Program-made: the position numbers and the translations under genes
Assembly (NCBI GenBank): GCA_973895155.1
Contig: OZ316897.1
Location: forward strand, 3,752,211-3,816,210
Origin: Marsupella aquatica
Lineage: Eukaryota > Plantae > Marchantiophyta
DNA length: 64,000 nt
Reading direction: 5' to 3'
The notes under the pieces: generated by a model
Databases searched by the model: none
Seen by the model: only the letters and a program-made list of their open reading frames with translations
Told to the model about the DNA's origin: nothing
Part shown: piece by piece, positions 39,526 through 51,400 of the stretch
Numbering within the stretch: position 1 is the stretch's first letter
Layout: every line of letters begins with the position of its first letter

Positions 39526-42500
39526 TCATGGCACAGGCACACTGTTGGCATCTGCATCTCTGAATTCGCCTCCTTCAGCAAATGCATCTACCCTTGTCAC
39601 AGGAATGAAGTCCCTGCTATCATGAACTACAGGCACTTGGTCTGAACGCCGACGATCAAAGGCACTATGAGAGTGTAAATGAAACTCAAGGTTTGATCCT
39701 TCCATCCGACGTTGCCTGGCCTGTTTATGACACACTACACGCCAACCTGGGGAGTCTTCCACATCCAGGAAGAAAGCTTGCTCCACCTGACTAGGAAACA
39801 CAAATGGCTCAGACCATTCGGGCAATTTCCCTCTGAAATTGGCCAGCAAGAAACCGTCGTTGTCTCTCTTCATGGTAGCCCTGTTACCAAGCCAATCATG
39901 CCGCACCCATGAACCTTTCATAAGAATCACAGGACTGGACACCGCCCCATAGTCCAGAGCCCATATGTCAACTAATTCTCCCACATATCCCATCTCCATC
40001 CAGGCCCTATCGTGATTGTGGCTCTGTTGCTCAAATACAGTGATGAGCCCGCAGTCATTCGTCACCCTGTAGGCACTGTCACCATCCTTCACTCGGAAGT
40101 GATTCCCATATGCTCTCATCCGTTTGTAAGTCTTCACTTTCAGGCTAGGGGCATTAGACAGTAGGTAAACATCTGCATCCATGTCTGGGTGGGTCTCGTG
40201 ATGCTCTCTAATTGCCACTCTGATCCACTCCATGAAACCTGGAAAAGTTGTTCCTGCAGTGGGATGGGCCGCCTTCAATGACTCATACTCCCTGAACGAA
40301 CAACCACACAGCATTAGCTTGGGTAAACATGGACAGGCTGAAGGAGAAAACCACACGAACACAACATTTAAGCTCATGAACTGGATTATAGCACATGTAT
40401 GCACTCACTGTATCCAGGGTTCCATCACCACAGTGTTGTGCAATACAAAGTCATGTGCCAAGTCTCTCATAGATATGGTCAGGTTCTTTGTGGTTGCAGC
40501 CCCTTCCAGTACTTCACCTATCACCCCTTCCTCCTCATCAGAATTCCACACCCTGGTCTTCACATGCTCATATTGTGCTATGTATTCGGTCAGAAATCCC
40601 AGAGTCTCATCCTTGATGTAACCTTTAGCCATGCTTGCTTCAGGTTTGTAATATGTTCTCACGTGACCTTTGAGTAGCTTCATGTACCGTTCCAAAGGGT
40701 ACAACCAACGAGCACTCACAGGCCCAAATTGGTGTAGCTCTTCCACAACATGGACAAGTAGGTGGGTCATGACATCAAAAAATGCGGGAGGAAAATAAAT
40801 CTCCAGGTCACACAGCACCTGAGCGACATCTTCTGTCAGTTGTGGGAAGTGTGTTTCATCCCAAACCTTCACACAAATACGACGAAACACATCACTGAGT
40901 CGCATGATCACAATACGAACAGGCTTCTACAACAGGCCCCTCAGGCATAAAGGCAACACCTGTTGCATCAACATATGGTAGTCATGGCTTTTCATACTAC
41001 CAAGCTTTCTAGTCATGATATGCTTCTTGAAAGCACTGCCATAGTTTGAAGGAACCTTCAAAGAACTCAACCTCTGCACAAATAGTTCCCACTCTGTGTC
41101 TGTCAGAACATAGGGCGCTTGGTACTTCAAGAGCACATCAGCTCTGTGGGCATGTGGCCTCAACCAAAGATGGGGTTTCATTCCCCTCTGTTCAAGATCC
41201 AATCTCACTGAACCAGTGTCTTTCTCTCCACACAAGAATCTGAGTAGACTCTCACAAATATTCTTTTCAATGTGCATAACATCAATGTTATGTTTGCTTG
41301 GCTCAAACTCCTGCATCGTTGCAATGCAAAAGCGTCAGGAAATGCCTCAAGTTTAGTCTCTCTCTTCGAAATGAATGCACATGCTCTGAACCAAAACATG
41401 TATCCCAATTAGCATCAACTCCAAGAGGCTTACCCTCCAGTACTTGAGCTCCAAGTCCAATATGCTCAGTCTTTTTACACCATATCGCTTTATTGGATCA
41501 CTCACTCCATCTTCCCTGCCCCCTCGTTTGATATAGTCATCCCTCAGTGCTCCCCACTGCCTGATCTCCTCTTTGGTCACTCGTGCCGGGGGTCCACGTT
41601 GCTCAATCTCATTGCCAAAGTGTGCAATCAGTGCCTGTCTTTCTCTGTAAGGGTGATCTGCCTTCAGAAAACGACAATGGCCCATGTATATCACTTTCTG
41701 CAGGGCTCTGGAGTACTCACTGGTGACATTGCACCCACAGATAGTACAAGCACAATATCCTTTTGTTGTTTGGCCTGATATCATCCCATGGGCTGGGTAG
41801 TCAGCTATAGTCAGAATGACAATGGCTCTAAGGATGAATGGGTTTAACCTCCCAAGCCTCTGTAGGACATCATATGTGAGAACTCCTTCCTCCCAAAGCT
41901 TTCTCAATTCCTCCACTAGGGGAGCCAGAAACACATCTATGTTGGCAGATACAGCACTGTCTGGCCCTGGTATCAGTAGGACCATCAGAACAAAAAATCG
42001 CTTTGTAGTCATCCAAGGAGGAAGGTTATAATTCAAAATAGTTACAGGCCAACACGAAAATTTGTTGTTCTTGTCTCCAAATGGGTTTACCCCATCCAAT
42101 GACAGCCCAAGTCTGACATTCCTCGGCTCAGCAGCAAATTCAGGATACATCTCATCTATGAGTTTCCATTGCCTTGAATCTGCAGCATGTCGTTGTAGCC
42201 CATCATCACTTTTCTTGTCAGTTGCCCAAGTCATCATCTCCGAGATGGCACGGCTTCTGAACATCCGCTGAAGTCTGGGAATGAGTGGAAAATGACGAAG
42301 TACCTTGGCGGGAACCATAGACTTTCCTGAGTTCCGATACCTGTGCTTCCCACACTTAGGGCATGTCAACGATTCTTTATACTCCTTTCTGAAAAGAACA
42401 TGCCCATTAAGACAGGCATGGATCGAATCATAGTTCAATCCAAGATTAGATATGCATCTTTTTGCCTCGTACATGTTCTTGGGCAAAATATTACCATCTG

Positions 42501-43257
42501 GTAGCACAGTTGTTCGCAAGAATGCCAACAACTCAGAAACCAAAACGTTGGGGACATTGTGGTTGCCGCAAATGTTCAGGAACATGATGACAAATCCCAG
42601 TTTAGAACATTTGCTACCGGGGTACAAAGACTTCCTGCCTTCCTGTATTTGCAGGGGAGAGCCAAACATCCCATCATGCCCAGGGGTTTCCTGCCCTATC
42701 TCAAACTCATCAAGAGGCTCTTCGACAGGGGGCACACTTGCATCTGCAGCCGTATCCTCTTCGTTGTCCAGCCCATCATGAAATGCATCCAAGTCTTGGA
42801 AGATGTCTCTCACCATCTCTTCCACATGAATTCCTTTGTCACGTGGTGCTGCCTGAGCACCATCCCGTTGGAGAGCTGACAACCCACAGAGACCAGCTAC
42901 AACATTTTCAAATGCACCAGGCAGAACCTCACTTGCCCGTTTTGCAGCATTGGCAGCATCAAATTCTAACCTCCACTCCTCGTCGGAAGAATCTTCCTCT
43001 GCAGGATCATTCCAAACTCGATGTCGTGGATCTCTTCCATGAACCGCGATATGCCGCCAAACCTCATTCAGACCCCTGGTACGGGATCCTTGGCAGATTG
43101 CACAAGGACATCTCATCCTACTGGCTCCTGAAAGTCTGGTTCGTAACCTTTCACGCTGCCAAAGCTTATTATCATGGCGTGATATCCTTATGGGATGATG
43201 CAAAGGCAGTGCCTGTGCCCTGGGCTGGGTCTGGGGAGGGTGGTGACCAGGGTGCAT
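39526..43257 (-). pseudogene. CACTA TnpD transposase (transposase-associated Zn domain, Transposase_21, DUF4218/DUF4216-like regions) with one nonsense codon
   Basis: Motifs RMRCPCAIC, IHACLNGHVLFR, RNVRLGLSLDGVNPF, YNLPPW, IADYPAHG, HNIDVMHIEKN, MKSHDYH, FPPAFFDVMTHLLVH, WLYPLERYM and EPFVFPSQVEQAFF. Introns 41433-41311 and ~40408-40273. In-frame TAG at 40929-40927. Confidence 0.93.
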
Positions 43258-43690
43258 TGTAACAGGCTGGGAGCTCTGCAGTCATGGACAGCAGTGAACA
43301 AGGATGCCTAATGGTGGTATTTGTGTTCCATATATCCCTGACTGTATCTGCCAAAAGAGTTAACATAACGTGTACTAAATTCTCACAAACCCTAAACCAC
43401 CCCAAAAGAAAAAAACAGGTTCGCAAGTAGTGTACCTATTGTCAAGTGAATGACACAAAATTCCTAAATGTTGGAGGGTGTCACCACCTCCTCCGCTGTC
43501 CTCAAATGTACCGCCTCTGCATGTACGTTTACAGTGACACCCCCAGGCAGCAGGAAACAACAATCCGCCAACAGTAAAATAAGCCCAACTGCCACCAACC
43601 ATAACAAGGTACATTAGTTCAAAGATCACATTTATTTCAATGATCTGATTTATACAAAAAAACTTGTGTCCAAACTGATGCTACTACTCC

Positions 43691-44569
43691 TCACTCTGAT
43701 TCAGAATCGCTAATGACCCATTCCTCACTTGTTGTCTCATAGTCCTCTCTGTAAGGATCCTGACCCTTCCGTGGCCAGGCCTCAAAAAGATCATAGTCCA
43801 TTGGGTTTTGACGCTTCCCAGCTGCTACTGATTCCACAAGCCAAGCATATGAAACCACAAACACATTATGGGACATGACATAAAAGCGAATGTCTCCCTT
43901 CCCAAACTTGCGGTAGGCTTTGGGATATGACTTAGTAATGACATGAGTGGTGTCCTCTGTTATATTCTCCTCCACTGTCCCACCTAGGTCAAGCACTGTG
44001 GACTTGTACACTTTGCACTTAACCTCTCCAATTCCCGCCTCCACAAATACCATGCTCAGCCCTTTCAGAATGGGGGTTGGTTGCTTCGTCTCCTCAGCCA
44101 ACATACTCTTCAGCCTTGTAGAGCTCTGTCCTTTGTTGAGTACAGGTCCATATTGGAGATCAGCAAGCCGTGCCTTTGCTTCCCAGACTTCTTGTTCAGC
44201 CCAAGCTGATGCAGTAGCTTCTTCATCCTCCCACAACTCATATTGCTCAGTATCCTGTACAATCTTATGTGCTATGGAATCTATGATCCAAGAGGCCTCA
44301 ACTACTTTTAGGCCTTGCTTAGTAATTGCAGAATTCATGTAGGACCATGACCACTTCTTTATCACTGATAGCCATGTCCCTGCAACAACATGTGTAGTCT
44401 CTGGAGTGATGTCCTGAACTACAGTGCCATGGAGCTCAGAGAATCGTTTCTGTACAGTTGGCCAATGCACTTTGGTCAACCCATGCTGGCCATGGACCAA
44501 AATCGCTCTGACCCCTGTAAACACTGTTGGGTGGTCACACTTTCTACGTTTACCAGGCTCCATGTACAC
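43691..44569 (-). CDS. Tandem (2x) BRCT-domain protein, transposon cargo, intronless
   Basis: Two repeats with the BRCT signature: VFTGV...HGTVVQDITPETTHVVA...VVEASWIIDSI...QYEL and ILKGL...LGGTVEENITEDTTHVIT...VVSYAWLVESV...DYDL. N-terminal KRRK putative NLS. Confidence 0.85.
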   Translation of the reverse strand: MYMEPGKRRKCDHPTVFTGVRAILVHGQHGLTKVHWPTVQKRFSELHGTVVQDITPETTHVVAGTWLSVIKKWSWSYMNSAITKQGLKVVEASWIIDSIAHKIVQDTEQYELWEDEEATASAWAEQEVWEAKARLADLQYGPVLNKGQSSTRLKSMLAEETKQPTPILKGLSMVFVEAGIGEVKCKVYKSTVLDLGGTVEENITEDTTHVITKSYPKAYRKFGKGDIRFYVMSHNVFVVSYAWLVESVAAGKRQNPMDYDLFEAWPRKGQDPYREDYETTSEEWVISDSESE

Positions 44570-45156
44570 ACACCCTACGTGATGACAGTGAATTTTGGAA
44601 GAATGGGTTCACCTGACAATACAAGGACAACAAAATTCCTGCTTTTTGAGTTGATCTGGCCCACTGGTGCTCAGGTCCGATTTTGATAGGTACAAGGGAT
44701 ATGTGAACAATACGTACTAGGCACCTGCACGGATGCAGGACATTGTTTGAATATATACTACAAAATCCATATCCGTGGTGAAATGAAGTGCAACCAACTT
44801 GTCATGGCACATACATATTTTGTTGTAAAGGAGGATACATTCAAATGACAAACTTATAGGGCAATTTGATTAATTGCATGCCTGATAATTTATACGCTTA
44901 CAACTTAGAAGTCCTGTTTTAATTTAGCAGTCTGATGAAAGTGTTTATGAAAATGACCACTCAGCCTAAATACTTCCAAGAAGGCTTGTAAGGATAAGTT
45001 TGTATAGGCATGTACCCAGCCACTGACGCCAGAGCACAAGATAAGTGCTGCCTATATAAACTCGCCTACCCAACTCCTTTTCAAAATTGGAATCTCTGCA
45101 ATCTCAAAAAATAGTACATCCACATCAGGTGCACTGTGCATGTACAATGTTCAGCT

Positions 45157-45837
45157 TCACAGCCAAGATATGTGATCTCTCACAGGAGTGCGCGAGGTAG
45201 GATCAATGGCATGGCGATGACAATAAAATATCCATCGATCAACACCATGTGCAGAGTGATCATAGATTTCTCTGTCACAAGCATAACCCTCTGCTTGATG
45301 ATCTTTCAGGCAATGATAGTGCCACATAGTGGGACACCTAGCACAGTGGACTATGTCAGTCCAGTAGTCATCATCATGCTCACCACATGCCTTGCACCTA
45401 TGAAGTAGGCAAGCTGTGGCATGAGCAGGCAAACACTCAAAATAGAAAAATCTCACACAAAAACGGTCTGGACATTTCCTAACATTTGCTACAGCATCAA
45501 CAGAGCCCTCATAGGACCCCAACTTCCCACACTGTGCACACTTAGCCTGCTTCTCCAAACAATCAGTGCACATCCAGTCTCCCTGGTGTGTTGACGGGAG
45601 GCCCACCCCTGGACAGTTGTTTTCTGCAGCAAGGTCAGACTCCGGGTTGAGGTGGAAATGCCTCATGCAAGGGCCCTCACAAATGACCAGGCCCCCACCA
45701 TCGTCACAAATGGCACAACAATGAGCTGCCTTCTGGAAAATCTGACTTGCAGAGAATTTAGTAGCATCTGCCCCAAGTACACCTATGTTTCTCACCTCTG
45801 TCACACGCTTTTTGGCTTGAATTTTAGGCCGTGCCAT
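45157..45837 (-). CDS. Stand-alone EDM2/NSD-type multi-PHD finger protein, transposon cargo, intronless
   Basis: CAICDDGGGLVICEGPCMRHFH...WMCTDCLEKQAKCAQCGKLGS...CLLHRCKACG...HCARCPTMWHYHCL...IFYCHRHAIDPTSRTPVRDHI follows the order and C-terminal TPVRDH motif that I recall for the EDM2 PHD cassette. Confidence 0.82.
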   Translation of the reverse strand: MARPKIQAKKRVTEVRNIGVLGADATKFSASQIFQKAAHCCAICDDGGGLVICEGPCMRHFHLNPESDLAAENNCPGVGLPSTHQGDWMCTDCLEKQAKCAQCGKLGSYEGSVDAVANVRKCPDRFCVRFFYFECLPAHATACLLHRCKACGEHDDDYWTDIVHCARCPTMWHYHCLKDHQAEGYACDREIYDHSAHGVDRWIFYCHRHAIDPTSRTPVRDHISWL

Positions 45838-45848
45838 GCCTGCGCATG

Positions 45849-46066
45849 AGATAGACTCTACAATTTAGCAGACTGCACAGAAAGTAAAATATATTTAGCA
45901 TTTAAGGTACAAAGCCATTTAGATAGACTCTACAATTTAGCAGACTGCACAGAAAGTAAAATATATTTAGCATTTTAAGGTACAAAGGCATTTAGATAGA
46001 CTCTACAATTTAGCAGACTGCACAGAAAGTAAAATATATTTAGCATTTTAAGGTACAAAGGCATTT
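45849..46066. repeat. 72-73-bp tandem repeat, 3 copies, directly upstream of the PHD ORF
   Basis: GATAGACTCTACAATTTAGCAGACTGCACAGAAAGTAAAATATATTTAGCATTT(T)AAGGTACAAAG(C/G)CATTT occurs 3 times. Confidence 0.95.
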
Positions 46067-46681
46067 GCTACTGCAATGAATTGGAATGGCCACACAAGGA
46101 TGCAGAGCACACATACTTTTGGTATGTTGAGCCCACACACAAAACTGATCCCCTAATACAATTTCTCCACCAACACCTCAATTTTAATTGTGGCTATGAT
46201 TCACCAAAGGAGATCTGCAACAACATTTCATGCATTTGAATCACATACAATAGTCGTGACATGTAAAACAGGCATTCTTCGAAGAGGATTGGTATGAAGC
46301 AGTGTCATAAGGGTTGAAATTTATACATCCTAAATAGGTTATGATAGTGGCTGAGACAAATAAGTGAGGCATAAATCATTTTGCATATTATCACATGGCC
46401 CATTAATTCATTCAACGTTGCAATGTTCACCAGGTTAAAGCAGTCATGAAAGCAGTCTTTCAATAGAGACTTTTATGCGAGTTTGCTAGCCTCTTAAATT
46501 AGGATATTTTGCTTAGTGCAGGCATAATAGGATATAAGTTATGTACTGTTGACCCTAAACCCTGGACCCAAAATTGCTCATACATCAAAATTTTAAGTAA
46601 ATATCCTCTGTGTTGAAGTCAGAGTGTTAAGCTATAGGTCAATGGTATCTGGTCTGTGCATGCGGTGTGACAAGTGGTCCT

Positions 46682-47146
46682 CTAGAGCATGTGATCCAAA
46701 CATATGTAGACACCAAAGTCACCGGTGGTGGGGTCTGGGAGGGCAGGACAAGTGACATCACCAGGCACACTGCAGGATGGCGAGTGGTTCCAGATGATAC
46801 ATTGTGCTCTGTGCAAAAATCGGCATCCAAGAGAACGGTCATCCAATTCTGGGCCAGAAGCCCTACAGGCAGGACAGTCATATTGGCAACTGTGTACACA
46901 CCCTTGGCACCTAATTTGTGGCGGGTCATGTACAAGAGACACAAATACCAAGGATGTCGGGAAGGGTACTGAAGCAGGTAGAGGCCGGCTGTAGTTGTTC
47001 CTGGAAACAATAGGGTACTCAAAGTACCATGCAGACTGGGCTGGAAGGATCCCAAGTCTGACATACTCAAGGCGCAACATCTCTGCCTTGCGTGCAAGTC
47101 GCACATGTTCAGCGTTGCGGGTCCTCACCATAAGTGTTGCTTTCAT
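46682..47146 (-). CDS. Cys/His-rich ORF of unknown family, possible transposon cargo
   Basis: 154-aa ATG ORF with CQGCVHSCQYDCPAC...CRFLHRAQC...HSPSC. Same strand and spacing as the other cargo ORFs. Confidence 0.4.
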   Translation of the reverse strand: MKATLMVRTRNAEHVRLARKAEMLRLEYVRLGILPAQSAWYFEYPIVSRNNYSRPLPASVPFPTSLVFVSLVHDPPQIRCQGCVHSCQYDCPACRASGPELDDRSLGCRFLHRAQCIIWNHSPSCSVPGDVTCPALPDPTTGDFGVYICLDHML

Positions 47147-48139
47147 TGTGATGTCCTCTGTTCACGTCCTTTGATGAGCAAGGTGAGCAGGAGGTCGACT
47201 TGCCTTGCCAACAGCAACCACCTAAACTAATCAGTTCCCACTCATTGTCTTGGTTCCAACTACAGGTCATAGTATACACATAGCATGAAACGTGCATAGT
47301 ACATATTTGATTCTGAGTTTATGAGTTTCCTAAGACAAAGAGCTTGGTGATAAACCCATATTCTCGACGGACATGTATATCAATCATATTAAACTCCTGT
47401 TTTTTCATCCAGAAAGACCGAAAGTCTCACCTTGCAGGTTGCAGCAGAGAGAAAATTCACTGGTTGTCGTGTTGTGCAAGTGAACCTCCACTGATGCCCC
47501 GGTGTAGCCCCTCAGATGCAGGTGACACTTACCAACTCCCAAGTTGCCTGGTCTAACAGAAAATGCTTATATCTTCAGAACTTTATAGAGCAAGTACATG
47601 ATCACATACTTTTGGATCTATTCATATTTGGAACTCTTGCCAACTACAACTCCCATTATGCACAAGCTCACATCAACAGAGAAAGATACAGAATGCATAC
47701 TTACTATGGCTCTAAGCACCTTCACTACCTTGTTGAACCCAGTCCTGAAGTCTTTTCAGCGTGTTTGTTGTGCTGTCTCCTTTGGCACCCAACACCTTAG
47801 TCCTTGATGTAACAGAATGCGATTTTACAAGTTAGATGCTTTGGAACCTTCTATGGTCTTAGCTGAATTGATGTCATCGTAAGTGGTGAAAGACAAGGAA
47901 GACGAAAGCTGGTTGAAGAGCTGTGGACAACACACTAGCATGAAGTGCTTCAACCAATCCACTGCCAAACGGAACTCTTACACAGTCACATTCTTTCAGT
48001 AAACAGAAACTCAGTCAAACTTCATAATCAAAGTACAGACTCTGAAGGACCAAAGGAGGATGTTGTGAGTTTCTCTGTTGTTTAATGTGTTACCCTTCTA
48101 GTTTCGAAGTTAGCAAATGCTGAATAATGTGTCTACTAG

Positions 48140-48479
48140 ATCTTCGAAAAGAAGCCCACCACAATTAAGAACTTCGGTATCTGGGTGAGGTATCAGAGTT
48201 GTACAGGTTATCCTAACATGTACAAGAAATATCGTGATACCACATTAAACAACCACACAGCAGATGTATGATGAGATGGCTTCTTGTCATAGAGTTTGGT
48301 TCCCTTGCATCCAGATCATCAAGACTACGACAGTCCCTGTCTCTCTGTGCAAGCGAGAAAGTACCAAGCAGTTCCATGATTCAAAGATCAAGTTCCCCTT
48401 GACGTACCGCAAGATTCAACCTCCATCGCGAAAGCTAAAGACGACTTACAAGGCCACCAAGCCCAACACATTTGTTTGA
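48140..48479 (+). pseudogene. RPL18A: Captured last exon of 60S ribosomal protein L18a (eL20), frameshifted
   Basis: After acceptor TAG: [36 protein letters not shown], a frameshift near 48252-48262, then [22 protein letters not shown]...[18 protein letters not shown]...[19 protein letters not shown]. Confidence 0.9.
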
Positions 48480-51400
48480 GTAGTGCGGGTGCAGGTTCCC
48501 AATTTTGAAACAATTTGGCTCATTTTATGTCCCGAGGGACTCCAGGAGTTTATGTATTGAGTTTCTAGGTCAAGATGCTTAATATAAGGAAATTCAATTA
48601 TCACTTCGTTCCCAACTTCTATTAATTGAATATACACAAGCTGGAAGCAAGAAGACAAGCCACAATCTAGCATCTTAGCCAAACACAATCGTCCCGACAA
48701 AGCAAAACTCAGCTGGACAGAAGTCACTCGGATCCACAAAAAATTGAAGATTCACCTCCAAGCCGGAGGCCGATCACTTCAGTACAGCAGCTTCTGGATG
48801 GAACAAACTCTGCTCAGCCCCACAGAAACACAAATGTTAAGGCTCCAAGTCAGAGCTCACAAACAGAAACTCAGATAAATAACATTCAAAATCTGTCCAG
48901 GTTTGTGCAAAGTGTACATATTCATTCTTCTGGAATGAACACGCAATCCATAAGAACGAAAGTAGGAAGGCAAGCGCACGGGCCACCGAGAAAAGTAAAG
49001 GATGCATGTGTTAGTGGGGAGGGATCTTAGCAAAAACAGGGGAAAGCAAGGGAACTTGCTGCTAAAATCAGCTGAACGATTGCACGGTTCCTATAAATTT
49101 AGTGGACCTTAAGGCCGTCTGTTCACCCCCCCACCCCACCGCCAGAGCATGGGGCACAAGGCATGTTCTGATACAGGGAGGAGCGAAACAGTCATGTCAA
49201 GCAAGAAGTGTGGAGAGACCAATCAGTAAGCAAAAATAGGGGAGAACATACATACATCAGCAGCAGCAGGAAACAAGAAAGATGATTTCGGGTGGCATCT
49301 TAGGGTCGGGGACACCACTGCAACACCGGGACTTAGGATATGACTAAATGTAAGCTACACAGTCCTCCGTTCTCTTCAACAATTACCTTAAACAGTGAAG
49401 TAATCTAAATGGATGTTGATCAAAATCAATTGCAACTACGCGGCCCTTGGTTCTGCTGCGGCTACAGCAGCCAAGAGAACAGCTCAGATCGAGCCTTGAT
49501 TGAAGACTATGCTCTCAAACTAAGCTAAAGACAAAGAGATATAGAGAGAGACAAAAAAAGTTGACAGGAGTGCAAAGCGAGAACCCACTCCCGTTCTTTC
49601 AACACCCTAAACCCCGCTGCCTGACTTAAGTTGCATGGCGACAGAAGCAGTCATTGAAAACTTACCTTGTGATGACAAAAACGCTCTGGGATGGGCTGCT
49701 ACTCCCAGGACTATCCCACAATCTTAGCGCCCCGTTGCTATTGAGCCACACTTCAGTTCAGCCGCGCACGCTCAATCTTTGTCATTCAGCTAAGTTCAGC
49801 TCCGCAGGGCCTGGACTCACTCTCATCCAATTTCAGTTGATCAGTATTGCAGCTCTCTGCTCCCAAGAACAGGTCCTTGCGTTTGTTGAGCGCCTCTATA
49901 GACTCACTTACCTCCAAAAACACTGAAAGTTTTTATTTGCATTACAATGAGCTCTAAAGACCAAAAACATTCCCGCCTAAACTGAAATAGAGTCCGCAAC
50001 TACAAGCTTTGCAGCTCAACTCTCTGAGCTCTCCCAGCTCAAAGGTATCAGCATGTTGTACCCACACTTGATCGAACGCTCTTCCAATGCTCGCTAGGTT
50101 GATCTTCCAATGCTCACGGTAAGCTATGGACACCAAGCTCAGAAGACTGTGGGGAGACAACTAAACTTGCAGCGATGTAGGACCGCAAAGATAGGGATTG
50201 CAGCTTTACCTGGGGCGATGCAGCACCAAGCCGTGCTGCGTAGCAATCCGCAGCAAGAATAGTCCAAATGCAAGCCAAGTGACAAGCTCCTGGTTCTCGA
50301 TCCCAAGTTGCAACTGAATATCGAATTCACTCTCCTAGCTTCAAGGAATGAGTGTCTATTGAATGTTGAATTAAATTCTCGCAAACTCTTCACAGTGCTT
50401 CCCGTAGTGCCTATTGTTGATGCAACACACAACCACTCTTGATGCCTACTACTCACATTCCCTTTTCTCAATGCAACACACACTCGCTCTTCTCGCCTCC
50501 TACTACTCACATTGCCCAACGATCAACGAAAGCAGAAGGACAGGACAGGGAGAACCCTTTCGCAGCTCAGGACGGCAAGGCTAGGAGTGTATACACATCG
50601 GGCCGCAATAAGGTCCAACCTCAACTTCAAAAAGTGCAACGCCAAAACTGGAAGCCGGGTCCAATAACAGTCGTTAGTAGGATGTTGTAAAACCCCTAAA
50701 GTTGCAGCATTGCCATACTCTACTTCCTCACCCGGTAGCGCTAGGCATTCGACCTCTCTCTTCCAAAGACCTCGATGACCTCCCACCAGCTCAATGACGA
50801 TGGCACGCAAAGCTTCCGTTTGGCTTGCAAACCCTTGAGGCAAACCAACTCCCTTGGAGACCCTTCCCAAAACCCTGTGCGGGAGAGAAATGCCGAACGT
50901 GAAGACCACTCACTTGTCTTCCCATTGAAGTGGAGACATTAGTTCACAAAAGAGACACAAAAGTCTATGATTTGCCTAATTTGTTTTTTCCTTTGAAACC
51001 AAAGGACTTACGCAATAGTTATATGTGGGGTGAGTGGTTAGTCACAACTTTGAACCACCCCCTTTGGTGAAAATGTGGCCAAATATTCAGGTATGACCCC
51101 ACATTACCATTATGAAGTACACTTTTTTAGGGTTGGGGTAGTGAAGAGCTGATCATATATATTTAAGTTGGACATTTAAGTTGGACTTATATTGAACATG
51201 AAGCATGCATTGGTTGTCATATATGAAGGGGGCCGGGGAAACATGGTGGTTTCTGGGGCATGGCAATAAGTAAACCCAACCTACATATGTGAGGCTGAAA
51301 TTGGGTGATAATTAAGCATGCCTTTGGCACGACCAGAAAATGTCGATAGAAAAATTAGAGATTGACTACAAAAAGCATTAAGTTAGGTTAGCAAGCTTTG

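Noticed and set aside
40927-40929. RNA editing or read-through rescue of the TnpD stop
   Set aside because: U-to-C editing in plants is organellar; a point mutation is the simpler explanation.
49654-50950. Short ORFs near the right end of the CACTA
   Set aside because: No domains recognised and both strands give similar short ORFs; more likely promoter or 5' UTR exons.
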